A DNA stretch of 63,706 bases, counting the filler, from Octopus bimaculoides (Eukaryota), in assembly GCF_001194135.2 (NCBI RefSeq). It is 4 parts of 4 records of this genome, joined end to end, with 100 filler letters (N's around TTAATTAATTAA, not from the genome) between each part and the next. Parts side by side here need not be neighbours in the genome. Positions count along the whole stretch, not along the records: positions 1 to 26,972 come from NC_068981.1; 3 more parts are not named here. One strand, 5' to 3'. The notes beneath the pieces are model-generated. The model ran no database searches. It was not told the DNA's origin and saw nothing but the letters and a program-made list of their open reading frames with translations. Below are positions 1-13,269 of the stretch, one piece after another. Every line of letters starts with the position of its first letter. The first letter of the stretch is position 1. Both the position numbers and the translations under genes were made by a program.

Positions 1-385
1 GTGTGTTTATACCATCTTTTTTCTGTTGTTATTCCATAGTGTTGGCATAGCTTCCAGAGTATATAGGTCCCAGCTCTCTCGCGTCTGTGAATATATTCCT
101 TCTTAGCCAGGACTGGGCAGCCAGAGATAATCTGATTTATTGTTTCTTGTCCATTTCCACATATTCTACAGTTACTTGTTATGTTTTTTTTCATTATATG
201 TTTTTGGTAATTTCTGGTGGGGAGGCTTTGGTCTTATGCAGCAATTAAAAATCCTTCAGTCTCTGCTTTGAGTCCTGAGCTTCTCAACCATTGCTGGGAT
301 TTTTCTCTGTCTATTTCTTTTGCATTTAGTTTAGCCCAGTATTTACCATGTAGGGGCTTTTCTTGCCATCGTTGGTAGGAATCAT
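1..385 (-). mobile_element. R4/Dong-like (RLE-type) non-LTR retrotransposon fragment, post-RT and zinc-knuckle region
   Basis: Minus-strand translation RWQEKPLHGKYW...WLRSSGLKAETEGFLIAA*DQSLPTRNY...CRICGNGQETINQIISGC...WKLCQHYG. It has an in-frame stop, and the His of the CCHC knuckle is replaced by Q. Confidence 0.85.
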
Positions 386-419
386 TTTGATATTATTATT
401 ATTATTATTATTATTATAA

Positions 420-770
420 TTGTTCAACATTTGTTTATTTGAGGCATAATTCTACTGCATCACCTGTTACCCCTCTGTGTTGCTGGGGTGTGTACAGCAT
501 TGTGTGTTCTTTTCTGTTTGTATTGAGTGTGTAAGGTGTTGGTTATCTGGGTGGCTGGTGGAAGTTTATTTCACTGGGTAATTGCTGTATGGAATGTGAC
601 TTGTGCTTGTGGGCTGTTTTATTTAGGTTGTATTATTGTATTGATAGTATCTTGCATAGGATGTGGGCTGATCCTGGCACGGTTATTTTTTAGAATAGTG
701 TGTAGTGTTGTGGATCTAGGTATAGCTTCTACGTTTTTGTTCATGCGTTTTTTTTTATCATGCCCATTCT
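420..770 (-). mobile_element. 3' end (C-terminus plus 3' UTR) of a decayed R4/Dong-like element ending in a (TAA)n tract
   Basis: Frameshifted GMIKK...NVEAIPRST...AHIL-like C-terminal sequence, homologous to the cleaner copy at 56070-56301. It is followed on the minus strand by (ATA)n at about 392-420. Confidence 0.55.
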
Positions 771-866
771 TCTTCTTCTTCTTCTTCTTCTTCTTCTTCT
801 TCTTCTTCTTCTTCTTCTTCTTCTTCTTCTTCTTCTTCTTCTTCTTCTTCTTCTTCTTCTTCTTCT
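768..866. repeat. (CTT)n microsatellite
   Basis: About 32 perfect CTT units; source of the poly-F and poly-K ORFs. Confidence 0.97.
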
Positions 867-888
867 CTATTAGGTAGNNNNNNNNNNT

Positions 889-1194
889 GAGTATAGATCT
901 ACTTTCCATTTCTTCGTGCTAAAGTTAATAAATTCTCATATGTTGTCTGCTATACTGAATATACTCAAACATTCACTTATCCATGAGTGTGGGATCATGT
1001 CATTGGCTTTTTAATAATCTATCCATGCTATTGTTAGATTTTTCTTTCTAGCTTTTACTTCATTTAGAACTGCTTTGTCTATGTATAATAGATCATGTGT
1101 TCCTCTAGCTTTCTTACTGTTCTTCTGGCAGTAAATTCTGGTTGTTAAGGGGTGCTCGTAAATGGTTTCTGAAAGCATTCTTGTTAAATGCTTG

Positions 1195-1195
<1 letters not shown>
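889..1195 (-). mobile_element. Reverse transcriptase fragment of an R4/Dong-like LINE (pseudogenised)
   Basis: RGTHDLLYIDKAVLNEVKARKKNLTIAWIDY*KANDMIPHSWISECL matches the RT motif AWIDYxKAYDxVPHSWI, with stop codons. Confidence 0.85.

Positions 1196-1196
<1 letters not shown>

Positions 1197-1265
<69 letters not shown>
1197..1265. repeat. (ATT)n microsatellite
   Basis: About 23 ATT units. Confidence 0.97.
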
Positions 1266-1266
<1 letters not shown>

Positions 1267-1826
1267 GTTGTTTTTTTTCTTCTTTCTTCAAATTTTCTCC
1301 CATTTCTCGCCGAGTGTTTTCCGTACACCTAGGGNNNNNNNNNNNNNNNNNNNNNNNNNNNNNNNNNNNNNNNNNNNNNNNNNNNNNNNNNNNNNNNNNN
1401 NNNNNNNNNNNNNNNNNNNNNNNNNNNNNNNNNNNNNNNNNNNNNNNNNNNNNNNNNNNNNNNNNNNNNNNNNNNNNNNNNNNNNNNNNNNNNNNNNNNN
1501 NNNNNNNNNNNNNNNNNNNNNNNNNNNNNNNNNNNNNNNNNNNNNNNNNNNNNNNNNNNNNNNNNNNNNNNNNNNNNNNNNNNNNNNNNNNNNNNNNNNN
1601 NNNNNNNNNNNNNNNNNNNNNNNNNNNNNNNNNNNNNNNNNNNNNNNNNNNNNNNNNNNNNNNNNNNNNNNNNNNNNNNNNNNNNNNNNNNNNNNNNNNN
1701 NNNNNNNNNNNNNNNNNNNNNNNNNNNNNNNNNNNNNNNNNNNNNNNNNNNNNNNNNNNNNNNNNNNNNNNNNNNNNNNNNNNNNNNNNNNNNNNNNNNN
1801 NNNNNNNNNNNNNNNNNNNNNNNNNA

Positions 1827-2200
1827 TAATAATATCCGGTTTATTAGCTTTTATAGTCTTGTCGGTATGTACGGGGAAGTCCCAGAGAATCGATACATTT
1901 TCTCCCTCAGTCACAGCTTCAGGGTGGTGTTTATACCATTTGTCAGCGGTTTTGATTTTATAATGCTGACATATTGTCCAGTGTAAATACTGGCCAACTC
2001 TGTCATGTCTTGCTTTATATTCTACAGGTGCTAAGACTCTACACCCTGAGATTAGGTGGTCTATAGTTTCAATCGCATCGTTACAAAATCGGCATTTTGG
2101 GTCAGCTCCATTTTTTTATCACATTGGCTTGGTAGTTCCGGGTTAATAAGCTTTGGTCTTGAGCAGCCAATATGAAACCTTCACTCTCTGCTTTTAGCCC
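1827..2200 (-). mobile_element. R4/Dong-like LINE fragment: intact CCHC zinc knuckle and start of the restriction-like endonuclease
   Basis: Open frame GLKAESEGFILAAQDQSLLTRNY...CRFCNDAIETIDHLISGC...RHDRVGQYLHWTIC...ILWDFPVHTDKTIKANKPDII, running into the N gap. Confidence 0.92.
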
Positions 2201-2430
2201 TTATTATTATTATTTCAGTTGCTTTTTTCTTTTATTGAATATTTTAATAGGTTTACTGTATTACTAAGTGTAGTTCTGTATGTACAGCATATTGAATGTC
2301 TAGTACGTAAAATGAGTGAAGTGTATAGAAGAGCTTTTTTTTCTGCATGTGTTTATAGCTATCTAAGTCCTGTGTTTGTCTGCATCATTTTAAAATCATT
2401 TCCAAGGCACCTTATTACAGTGTTTTATAA

Positions 2431-2655
2431 GGCGGCGAGCTACCAGAATCGTTAGAGCATCGGAGGAAGTACTTTGTGAGATTTCTTTCGACTCCTTATG
2501 TTCTAAGATCAAATCCTACCAAAGTGAATTTTTCCATTCATCCCTCCCGAATAGATTATATAAGACACTAGTCAAGTACCGGTGTCAGTGGTATTGACTA
2601 ATCTACTTCCTCTCAAAATAACCTGACTCGTGCCTAAATCAGAAACCATTATAGG
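2431..2655 (+). mobile_element. SINE family A copy (decayed)
   Basis: Matches the recurring gagctggcagaatcgttag...gagttcaaattcc...gataaaataagtaccag motif seen many times in the window. Confidence 0.7.
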
Positions 2656-2954
2656 AAGAGTTGTTTCCGTTTTAAAAAGTCTACTATATTCTGGTTATCT
2701 CTCTTTCCAGATGTTGCTATTTAAATCCCTTCTTTCTTTTAGAGATATATTATCATGTGATGGGTCTGACACTACAATTAGGAGACACGTCCTTAACAAT
2801 ATCCAGTCAATTAACTTTTATTTCCCTGTCTGTATGGATTGGTATATTCCAGCATATGATCGTTTTGTTATTCTCTGATATTCTCTCTGGTGTATAATAA
2901 TACTATTTCTCTTCTGTCGATATACTATTATGTTGATATAACTTCCATTGAAAA

Positions 2955-3200
2955 CGCATGGCCTAGTAGTTTAGAGTGTTGAACTCCCTATTGCAAGATC
3001 GTGATTTTGGTTTCTGGACCAGGCGTTACGTTGTGTTCTTGAGCCAAACACTTGGTTTCACGTTGCTCCAGTCCAACCAGCTGTAAATGAATGACTCGGC
3101 GAGGGACTGGCGTCACGTTCAGGAGGAATATTGTCATCTCGGTTACTCGTACGCCATAGAAGTTAGGTAACTGGTCCAATGAGTCTTTGGTATAAAGACA
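2955..3200 (+). mobile_element. tRNA-derived SINE family D (CORE-like central segment)
   Basis: A-box-like tggcctagtag head, then gttgtgttcttgagc...cacgttgctccagtcca; homologous to 4586-4830 and 15985-16225. Confidence 0.75.
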
Positions 3201-3499
3201 ATAATGTCCAGTGGGAGATACTTTCATGCTTGTATTTGCCGTTAGATTTGATCAGGCAGATTTATGGTCGAAAGCATTTAAGCCGTAGCCATTACAATTT
3301 TCCTAATCAATACATATATCTTATTCATGTGGTTTCCCCTTCCTCTTAGACGGTTGTGTGATTTTAGGGAGATTTGGATGTTATTTCTTGGAAAGCGAGC
3401 GACCATGTTGGTTCGAGTTTCCTCGTTTTCTGTCTTGCTTGATGGACAACGTGGTTAATTCTTTCTTTCCTACGTCCACACAGTCTGTTGTTCCTTAAT

Positions 3500-4010
3500 G
3501 TATTCCACATTACTTATCCTAATCATGCACCGCAAACTTTTCTTTCTGTCCCAGCTTTGAATTTCATACTTCTCAACCAGTTCTGGCATTTACCTTTATT
3601 TTCCACTTGTTCAGTCTTCTCAGACAATGGTCATGTTGGAGCATTTTTTCCCTCAATTTTTATGGAACTCTGTGGCTCCATTTTTTGCTTTTTAACAACT
3701 TATGTTGTGGCTTCCTGTTTCTTCTTACAACTGTTGGCATCATCAATCACTGTTTTATATTTGTCAGTTTCTTTCAAAGCAGTTTTTGCTGTTCATACGA
3801 AGGTGGTTGTTTTTAATTATTCTTTGCTAGATAGTTTTGTAGTCCTTCAGTGGATAATTTACATCGGTTTTCCACTTACAGAAGGCCTCGAATCTACCAG
3901 CATCTGTGGTAAATATAATTATTCTGAGCCAGATTACTGTTGATGTGTTCTGAATGTAGCCATTCTTTTTATTGGTCTCTTGTCCAGTCATACTAAAGCG
4001 GCGAGCTGGC
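3500..4010 (-). mobile_element. Old, heavily decayed R4/Dong-like LINE fragment
   Basis: Minus-strand remnants such as KCQNWLRSMKFKAGTER resemble WLRSSGLKAETEG of the copy at 1-385; many stops and shifts. Confidence 0.4.
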
Positions 4011-4585
4011 AAAATTCGGCAGTATTCGTTCCGGCCATTTTTGTCCTGAGTTCACTTCCAGCTGGATGACTTTACTTTTCATCCTCCCATTTGCTACTCA
4101 TTCATAATCTGTTTTATGTAACTTCTTATTATTGGTACACCTTTATTCTTAGCAAACGTTTTCAGAATTTACATATGGGGAACAATGTAAAAACCACCCA
4201 GTAATCTATGTCATCATTAAATGAACGACGGTGACCAGGCAGAATTGTTAGCGCATCGGTCAAAATACTTAGCAGCATTTCTTCCGGTTCTGTACGTTTC
4301 CATTCCAGATTCTATTGAGGTTGGCATTGACTTTCATCCACTAAAATAAGTGGCAGCTCAACACTGGTGGTGTCCCTGTAACTGACTTACCCTCTCTTCT
4401 AAAATTGTTGGTTTTGTGCCAAACTTTGAACTTTGAAATAATATAAGCTTACGAAGCTTCCCTTTGGTTCTCTAGATATTGAATTTTTTTTTCCAGATAG
4501 TAATTTATTCTCTGAACGGATTATCATTGTAGTTAAAGCTTTGTAAGCTCTAGAAGACCGATTTTGAACCTGTAGTTTTAGTCTA

Positions 4586-4830
4586 GTGGAGGCGCGTGGC
4601 TTCGTGGTTAGAGTGTTGGACTCATGATCGTAAAATTGTGGTTTCGATTCCTGGATCGGGAGACGCGTTGTGTTCTTGAGCAAAGCACTTCATTTCCCGT
4701 TGCTCCAGTCCTCTCAGCTTGCAAAAATGAATAATCCTGCGACGGACTGGCGTCCCGTCTAGGTGGGGAATATATACGTCATGAAACCGGGAAAGCGGCC
4801 CTTGTGAGTCAGTATAAGTCGAGAAGGAAG
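4586..4830 (+). mobile_element. tRNA-derived SINE family D
   Basis: ggaggcgcgtggcttcgtggttagagtgttggactc...gtttcgattcc (A and B boxes), then the shared body. Confidence 0.85.
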
Positions 4831-4964
4831 GTCACTATTCTTTTAGCCTTGGGGATTGAGAATGATTTTTTTCCCCTCAGTGAGTGAGTCAAATGATGTT
4901 TTTAACACTTTTTATTTCAAAAGTCAAGAAATTGATTCTATCATCATACAATATATGAATCGTC

Positions 4965-5185
4965 AAGGGCAGTGAGCTGGCAGAATCGTTAGCTCGTTGG
5001 GCAAAGTGCTTAGTGGCAATTCGTTCGTCTTTTACGTTCTGAGTTCAAAATTCCACCGAACTCGACTTTGTTCTTCATCCTTTCGGGGTCGATAAAATAA
5101 GTATCAGTTGAGCACTGGGATCGAGGTAATTGGCTTGACCTCTGCCCCGAACTTGTGGCCTTGTGCCAAAATTTGAAACCAATAT
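4965..5185 (+). mobile_element. SINE family A
   Basis: gagctggcagaatcgttagc...ttctgagttcaaaattcc...tttcggggtcgataaaataagt; one of more than 15 copies in the window. Confidence 0.85.
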
Positions 5186-5361
5186 GTGGACCATCAGCTA
5201 AATCTAAAATGTACATCATCAGGATTTCTATTTATTTCAGCGTTTTCGGACACAGAAACAAAACATGAAAATAAACATAGGATACATAAAAAAAGAAACA
5301 AAAAATTGCCCATGAATATACTTTATCTAAATGAAATATACAATGCATATTTACATATAGG

Positions 5362-5527
5362 TGCAGGCGTGGCTGTGTGGTAAGAAATTTGCTTCTCAAA
5401 CATATGATTCTGGGTTCAGTCCCACTACGCGGCACTTTGGGCCAGTATCTTCAGCTATGGTCTCGTGCCGACAAAGGCCTTGTGAGTGCATTTGATAGAC
5501 GAAAACTAAAAGGAACACGTGGTATAC

Positions 5528-5564
<37 letters not shown>

Positions 5565-5745
5565 TCTTCCACGATCGCTTGACACCCGGTGCTGGTATGT
5601 TTACGTCTCCGTAATATAGCAGAAGAGTCTGATAGAATAAGTACCAGGCTTTAAAAAAATAAGTACTGGGGTCGATTCATTCGACTAAAAATTTTTCAAG
5701 GCGGTGCATGACCGCAGTGTAATGAGTGAAATAAAAGATAAAAGA
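5362..5745 (+). mobile_element. tRNA-derived SINE family C with internal (GT)n
   Basis: A box tggctgtgtgg and B box ggttcagtcc; body and 3' end homologous to 23835-24245. Confidence 0.88.
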
Positions 5746-6546
5746 TATGAAATTTAAATATTTACACACACCACACACACACACACGAAATATGTACTAG
5801 AAGAACTGAATGCATAATTAAGGGAGAGTACAGGGTGTGAGGATTCGATTCAATTAGGAGTGTTGACAGGAAACCAGTAATGCTGTTATTTCTTCCACAC
5901 GTCAAGATTGGCTGTAAGTAGTTCTACTTACACGGATGTTGGAAATAGTAAAAAGGAGGCAGAGGAATTAAGAGAGAAAGAGAGAAGAGGGGGAAAAAAT
6001 GGGTATGGATATGCTATGATATGATGCTGCTCCTTAATAAATTTTCCCCGTTTTAGAGTAGTTATAAATAACTGCCCGTCGGCTCTTTATAGCCAGTCAA
6101 AACAAACAAACGAAGAGCTCCTCGATGCTGTTAAGTAAGAACCTTACGAACCAAAATATTATTTTACTTTCAGAAAAAATTCTGTAAATGAGAATAGGTA
6201 TTTCATACCGATATCTTATTCAAGAAGCCTGAAATACGCAAAGGAGAGAAGAGAACGAAAGAAGGGAAAGAAAAGTTTGAAGAAGAATTAGATGATAAAA
6301 CCAGCAAGAACATGTAACAAAAAATAAACACTGTGACAGAAATTTATTGGGTTCTTCAACTTTCCTTACCCTCTGAAATACGGCGAATCTATGTATTTTA
6401 GAAGAGCATCGTCTTTTAGTTTTATGTCTTTATCGCTAGCAACTAAATAAACTGACCCCCTACCCACCATTTCCGCAGTGTGTTGTCATTTGAGATTAGA
6501 AAAAGCCCAGCACAGTGAGTGAAATTAGTAGCTGAAACATTGTAAT

Positions 6547-6582
<36 letters not shown>

Positions 6583-7760
6583 AATATATTGAAAAAAAAA
6601 AGAGAATTATAAAAGCAAGTTAACAACAACGACAAGAGCAGCCGTTTCTTTCCCACTGCCTGAACAAGTAGATAACTGTTGACTAATAGGCACACAGTAA
6701 CAACATCCCCCAAAATCATAATAGTCAGTAACTTAAAAAAAAAAAGAAAGAAAAACTGTGTAGAAGCTGTCTTGATAACATTTATCCAAAATGTTCTCTT
6801 CAACTAAATGTCTGTGGATAACTCTAATACAAGTAAGTCACCAATTATTCTGGTGTTTCTTTATTCCTGCTGTATTACGATTTTAATTCTCTAATCTATA
6901 TTATTTCCTTCATTTTTTTTTCATGTTATTCATCATCTGTTTCATACATTTTATTTCTTGTCAATTGTCTTTTACATTTCCCTTCTTTCATTTTCTTTCT
7001 TTGTGTTGCTCCTTATTATTATTTTTTTAAAACTTTTTTTTACTTATATTTCATTCACTTCCCTTTTATTTTTTTCCCGTCGTTCTTCTCTCTCCCATTA
7101 TTTCAGCTTTTTAACTTTTGGCACTCTTCAATCGTCTTCATACATCCTTTTGATTTTTTTCATTAAGCTTTTCTTTGTCTCATTGTGATTGCTTTAGTGG
7201 CAGTTACTATAGTAGTAGTAGTAGTAGTAGTAGTAGTAGCTATTGGTAATCTTCTGCAATTCCAAATTACTTGAGCAGAGTAAATCATATTTGTAATTCC
7301 ATCCTTACATTACCAGATTGACAAAAAAATATCCATGGTGACAAACGCTATGGAGAAACTTCCTTCACATGTACGATGAGCTTACATTGGAATTTTCGTG
7401 GGAGAAATTAAGGGTGGTTTCGCTTTGCTCCGGGTATTTTTATTTTATTTATTTTGAATGGAAAGCAAAAAGAAGAAAAACGTCAATTGCCGCTGAAAAA
7501 AATTTAATTCGTATGTGAAAATGTAGCCAGATGAGAAAATAGGCGGGTGAGTCGTTTTGAAATTTGCTGAAGTTAGTTTAGTGGTTCAATGGTGTTTTTA
7601 GAAAATGCAGAATAATACTTGAACATAAAACGTTATTCATAAATTTTGTTAAACTCAAATATGATTATTAAAATGAAGCCAAGCAATAATTTTCTGACTT
7701 TATCCAACTCTTTAACTTATTGNNNNNNNNNNNNNNNNNNNNNNNNNNNNNNNNNNNNNN

Positions 7761-8050
7761 ACTCCACAGACACGTGTACCCTTAACATAGTTCTCGGGGA
7801 TATTCAGCGTGACACAGTTTGATAAGGCTGACCCTTTGAATTACAGGCACAACAGAAACAGGAAGTAAGAGTGAGAGAAAGTTGTGGTGGAAGAGTACAG
7901 CAGGGTTCGCCACCATCCCCTGCCGGAGCATCGTGGAGCTTTTAGGTGTTTTCCCTCAATAAACACTCACAACGCCCGGTCTGGGAATCGAAACCGCGAT
8001 CCTATGACTGCGAGTCTGCTGCCCTAACCACTGGGCCTTTGCGCCTCCAC
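7761..8050 (-). mobile_element. tRNA-derived SINE family B (head and body)
   Basis: Reverse complement begins gtggaggcgcaaaggcccagtggttagggcagcagactcgc...gtttcgattccc (tRNA-like A and B boxes). Its tail sequence recurs at 11355-11490 and 41270-41400. Confidence 0.8.
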
Positions 8051-8707
8051 TCTTTAACTTATATATTGAGAGAAAAAAAACTGTGTGAAGAGCACGAGTA
8101 TTTTTTTACTTTCTACAAGAAGTTCATCTTTTTTTTTTTTTTTTTACTTGATCTTCAAAGCTCCGCAAAGTCAAATTGATTGAGAACCACTGCAACTAGA
8201 ATCGAACTCAGAATAGAGTCAGAAATCCAAATGCTGTAGTACTTTCAACTTGTTATTCTGTCATTTTGATAATTTTGGACTGAAGAAATGAACTCAGTGA
8301 ATTTAGAATGACAATGTTCTGAGTTTAAATACCGTTGAGTTCAACTTTGCCTTTCAACCTTTAGGGATTGATAAAATAAGATATCAGTTAAATAGTTGGA
8401 TCAGTAACACTCTACTCTCACTATTGGTCTTGAGTCTAAATTAGAAACAATTATTTAGCTTTCTGAGCTTAATTCCTGATGGTGTTGATTTTTTGGTTTT
8501 TGTGTTTCAGTTTTCTTGCGCCAGTTTAGTTGTCTGCACCCTTTTCTGAATTCGTACAGCTGTGACAATTTTAAGAAATTTGTAGGACGATCGATGGCAG
8601 AATAGTAGAGCGCCGGATAAAATGCCTTGTATTTTGTTCCATATTTTGATGTTATGACTTCAAATTCCATCGGTAACCATTTATCCTACCACAATGGTGA
8701 AGTATTA

Positions 8708-8743
<36 letters not shown>

Positions 8744-9954
8744 CTAGGGTTAATGGAATGACTAGGGATTGAACTAAATTCCTTTCATACAAAGTTGTAA
8801 CATATAATCTAAGGCATTATCAACAACAATGACAACACACACAGAGACATATATTAGAGTATATCTTTATTATTTAAGGCAGCAAATTGGCTGTATTTGT
8901 TCCGAATATCAACGTTCTAAGTTCAAATTCCACCGAGGTCAACTTCGCCTGTCATCTCTTTCGGGGTCGATAAATAAAGTACAAGTTTATGGCAGTAGCA
9001 CTTGCACCGTTTCTCCTTTTTCTCTCGCTTTTCTTTCTGTCTTTCTCTCTTATTCTGCATCTCCCGGTTTCGCGTAAATTTCTGTGACAACGATGAAATG
9101 AGAGTATCTTGCGAAATAAACCTTTGTTTATTAATTATTCCTTATAGGACGGTGGAATGACAGAATAATCAGAGTGACAGATAAAATACTTTGCGGCAAT
9201 TATTCTAAGCCTTATATTCTGACTACAAATCCAGCCGAAATCAGTTTCGTTTTTCATCCTTCCTGGTTTAATAAAATCAAGGACTGAAGCCAATTTAATT
9301 GATTGCTGATCTGTGTTAATGGCTATCATGTTACATACTGTAGAATCCAACTCAAATATCCGTCCAGCTGTGGCTTTCTAACGACGGGTGAAATGACATG
9401 CAAATGTCAAACTAACAAATACCAGCTCCCATCTAAATATTAACTATTTTGGAATCCACCTTTACAGTCATATAATTCTTAATTTTTCGTCGCGGTGATG
9501 GACAAGTTGGAAAACTTGAAAACTATCTTTAATTCATTAAACATTGTAGTTTGCCCATTCCCTTTTCAATCATCATAACCCCGCTCCTATAAAGAAACAC
9601 CGGGTAAGAGTACATTGCCGTCGCACAGATATCATCAATCTGTACTACAGCATATTGCTGCTAAAACAAACACACACACACACCGACACACACAAACATA
9701 TCCTATCCTTCACCCTCACATGCACACTCTCTAAAATACAAACCCCTTCTTTGGACAAAAGAAAAATAAGACACCTATATATTTCTAGCATACGTACAAA
9801 GCTACAAATTTTGGTGGGAAGGATTAGTCGATTTCATCAAGCGGTACTTTATTTAGTCAACCACAGAAGAACGAACAAAAAAGACGAACTCGGCGTCCTA
9901 ACAATTTTCAGTCCACTGCGTTCAGTTATCATCAATAGTTTTTGATTTTGTCAC

Positions 9955-10140
9955 AAGGCCAACAATTTTGAGAGGGAATTGTGAGTTGATTACATTGACT
10001 GAGAGGTATTTTCTTCCATCGATCCTAGAGGGATGACAGGCAAAGCTGATCTCGGTGAGATTTGAAATCAGAATGTAAAGCGCCGGTAAGGATGTCGTGA
10101 GACACATTTTCCGAAGCTCCAACGATTCTGCCAGTTTGCC
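9955..10140 (-). mobile_element. SINE family A (decayed)
   Basis: Reverse complement of the family A motif, ending aacgattctgccagtttgcc. Confidence 0.7.
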
Positions 10141-10494
10141 GTGCTATAATTATATTGATTATATAATCAGTTGTAGAAATGTTTTGAAATAGATGCATAC
10201 ATACGCATATACACAAACTCTGTCTTTGTCTCTCTCTCTCTATCTCACCCACGTGCGCACACACACACACACACACACACATACACACACACACATTGCA
10301 TATATCGTGTGTATCTGTGCGTGCGTGTTTGTGTGTTTGAGCATACGAGTGTACGAGTTCAAGAATTGAAAGTAGGAAGTCGAACTGTGCGGAGTAATTA
10401 AAGAGCAGTGAGAAAAGTAACTAGAAGGACGGTGAAAACCAACCATAAGTTTTGAAAGAGGAAGAAAAAAATGATGTCAAAGAAACTGAAACAA

Positions 10495-10543
<49 letters not shown>

Positions 10544-11354
10544 TGAGAAGGAAGAAAAAGAGATGAAGAGGTAGACAGTCTGCAAAAATATAAAAAAACG
10601 ACTGTGAAAAAGTGCTGAGGTCAGGGACGTGAAACATAAATATATACATCCTGTGTGATGATATTGTATGTGCCCTTGAGAACAAATTACTTTTCAAGCA
10701 ATCTATTAAATAAATACTAAATATAATTTCTGAAGGTCATTGCCTTGTCAAATGCTGTAAATTTTGCAAGAGACAGCCGTCGATTGAATCGACCTCAGTA
10801 CTTTACTTGACTAGTTTTAATTTTATTGATCGCGGAAGGTTAAAAGGAGAAGTCAACACAGACGTGATTGCAATTACGAATATAAAACGGTTTAACTAAA
10901 TACATCATGGTACTTAGTCAGTTACTGAGATCGATGTAGTCTACTAATCCTTCTTCTTAACATCTCTGCCCTTGTGCCTAAATCAGAAACCATTAATGAT
11001 AACTGAGCGCGGTGAATTGAAATCATTAGGGCGTCGCTCAGATGGTTATAATTATTTGGTTCCCACCCTTACGGTCTGAATTTAAATCCTGCCGAGTTTA
11101 TCTTTGTTGTTCATTCTTTCAGGATTGATAAAATAAAGTGCCAGTCAAATACTTGAGCTTTGTATCTGTTAGAAATACATATCGATCATGTAAGGATAAA
11201 AGGCAAAGTTAACGCTAACGTGATTGAAATTAAGACTGTAAAAGGACTTTAATTAAATACAACATTGTACTTAGGTGCCTATTTTATTCTACGAAAACAC
11301 TGACTTCTAACATAAAATGAGTTATACCAGTAATTCAAAGATTCGGCCTTTTTA

Positions 11355-11490
11355 CATTCTGAGTCACGCTGAATCTCCATGCGTTGAGGGTACTTGTGTT
11401 TGTGGAGTGCTCAACCACTTGCACGTTAATTTCACGAGCAGGTTGTTGATCGGATCAACTGGAACCCTCGTCGTCGTAACCGACGGAGTG
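11355..11490 (+). mobile_element. SINE family B 3' portion
   Basis: tgtggagtgctcaaccacttgcacgttaatttcacgagcagg...gtcgtaaccgacggagtg; overlaps the end of the 7761 copy and matches 41270-41400 in reverse. Confidence 0.7.
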
Positions 11491-13230
11491 ATAGTCATAG
11501 TCACTGTTGTAGAGCATGTGCCATCCTGGGCAGCTCTTAATGCAATAGAGGTTAATGCAATAAATAAAAAAACGTTGCCTCCATAAAAGCGCCGCCCTGG
11601 GCGGCCGTTCCCATCGCTCGCCACCCTCCCAAGCCACGCTACTGCTTATTATAGGGCAGACTCGTGATCAAAGGCGTTCCAACTTTGACCGCCACATGTT
11701 ACTGTATATTTTGCATATTTAGGACTACGTTATACATAATTTTTTCAAAGACTATATGTTAGGTTTTGAGGAAATTTGGCTGTTGTTTCTACCAAGTCAA
11801 GTGATAGTGGAAATTACCTTTTTGGCTCGCTCTTATTATTTTCTGCTCGTTTATCTATTTCACCCTCACTCCTAACACCCTTTGCTTTTAAACTGAAAGT
11901 TCTTGCCATCTGAGTTATTAGAACTGCTGTTGTTGATACTGCTACTGTTGTCGTTTACGTTGCTGTTTGCTTCACAGAAAACCTTGATCAAAGACGTTCC
12001 CAACATGACCTAACCATCTTGGTCTTTGTATATCAGAAAGGACATTATCATCTGAGTCCTTTCATTCTTTAGGTTAGTAGGACGTTATTTAGGAAGATTA
12101 GGCTGCTATTTCTAACAGGTCGAGTAACTGCATAGAAGCTTCTCGTTGTTATTGATTATAAGGGTTCTGGCTGTGACTTACCCGTCATTTTGCTAGCCTG
12201 TAATATCCAATGGATCTTTCCATTCTAAAAACGGGAGGAAATTTGGCAACTAGTTCTAACAGCACTAGTGATCACTTATAGACTCCCTCGTTGTTTTGTC
12301 TCTGTTGTTTATGGCAATAGTGATGATGATAGTGTTGGGGAGGATTATGTAGTCGTTGATTTTTCTTGTGGTAGGAAGTGGTTATTAATTGCTTTTTTGA
12401 ATCACTGTTGTTTTCAGTCCTCATTAACGGCCTATCTATGTCTCGTCTGCGTTGCATAAACAGGACAAACGTTAAAACTTTAACATATGATAGTTTCCCA
12501 TATAAATTCAATCTGCAGGGGGTGACATAAGCATTATGTTACTAAACAGAATTTCTGCAGAGATTGTTTTACACACTTTAAAGTATGTTAAAAAAGTTGA
12601 AAATATTTCTTTTTATGTCTGTCTATCCTATGAGAAGGGCCTGGAGCTATAATCTTTGGAACTCATTCCATTTATACGAAGACTAACGTTAAATTGTGGA
12701 ACAGGATTTCATGCTGTGGAAGTATTTTATAAATTGTTGAATGTTCAAGCATAAGAACTAATAGGCAAAGGCACAAATGCGACCCACATTAGAACACATT
12801 AGAGCATAGAACAGAACAGCTGTTAAACACACACATGCACATACACACATACAGGAGAGAGAGAGAGAGAGGGGGAGGGGAGAGATTCTACAGAAGTGGT
12901 TGCCAACCGGCGTATTACGACATCCTAATCTGTTGTAGACAGTTGTTGGGGGTATCGTGAAGATTTAAGTTAAAATTACACTACTGACAAATGTTAATAA
13001 AAGATAGGGTGTCAATGACACACAAACGTTAGAAACTACTGTTTTAAGGCACCCTCCAAAAAGGCTATCTGATTGATTGGCAGACAATGAATGTAGAATT
13101 CATTCAACAGAAGTTTAAACTAAACGTAAACTGCATTACATATAAACTGAACATAAGCTCCACCGTCACAGGTTTGCTCTTTTATAAATCTCTGACGTTG
13201 TGCTTATGTAAAAAACTATAAGGGGAAAGA

Positions 13231-13269
13231 ATGCTGGGAAACCGGCTGGTGTCTGGTTCATTGGCGCTG
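13231..13269 (+). CDS. Candidate first coding exon of the astacin gene (MLGNRLVSGSLAL), tentative
   Basis: ATG 13231 with a phase-0 donor CTG|GTACAA. Joined to the next exon it gives a signal-like MLGNRLVSGSLALVVYYCQPSFT. The donor is weak and alternatives exist. Confidence 0.3.

Noticed and set aside
7975-8050. tRNA gene candidates (A/B boxes here and at 4586, 5362, 15985, 23835, 25190)
   Set aside because: Each continues into a multi-copy SINE body and lacks a complete cloverleaf, so they are SINE heads, not tRNA genes.
11364-11624. Minus-strand ORF with a signal-peptide-like start (MASDGNGRPGRRFYGGNVFLFIAL...)
   Set aside because: It runs antisense through a SINE B tail (also at 41270-41400) and a GC-rich MITE-like terminus (CAGTAGCG at 11644, no TSD found). 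It has no good donor.
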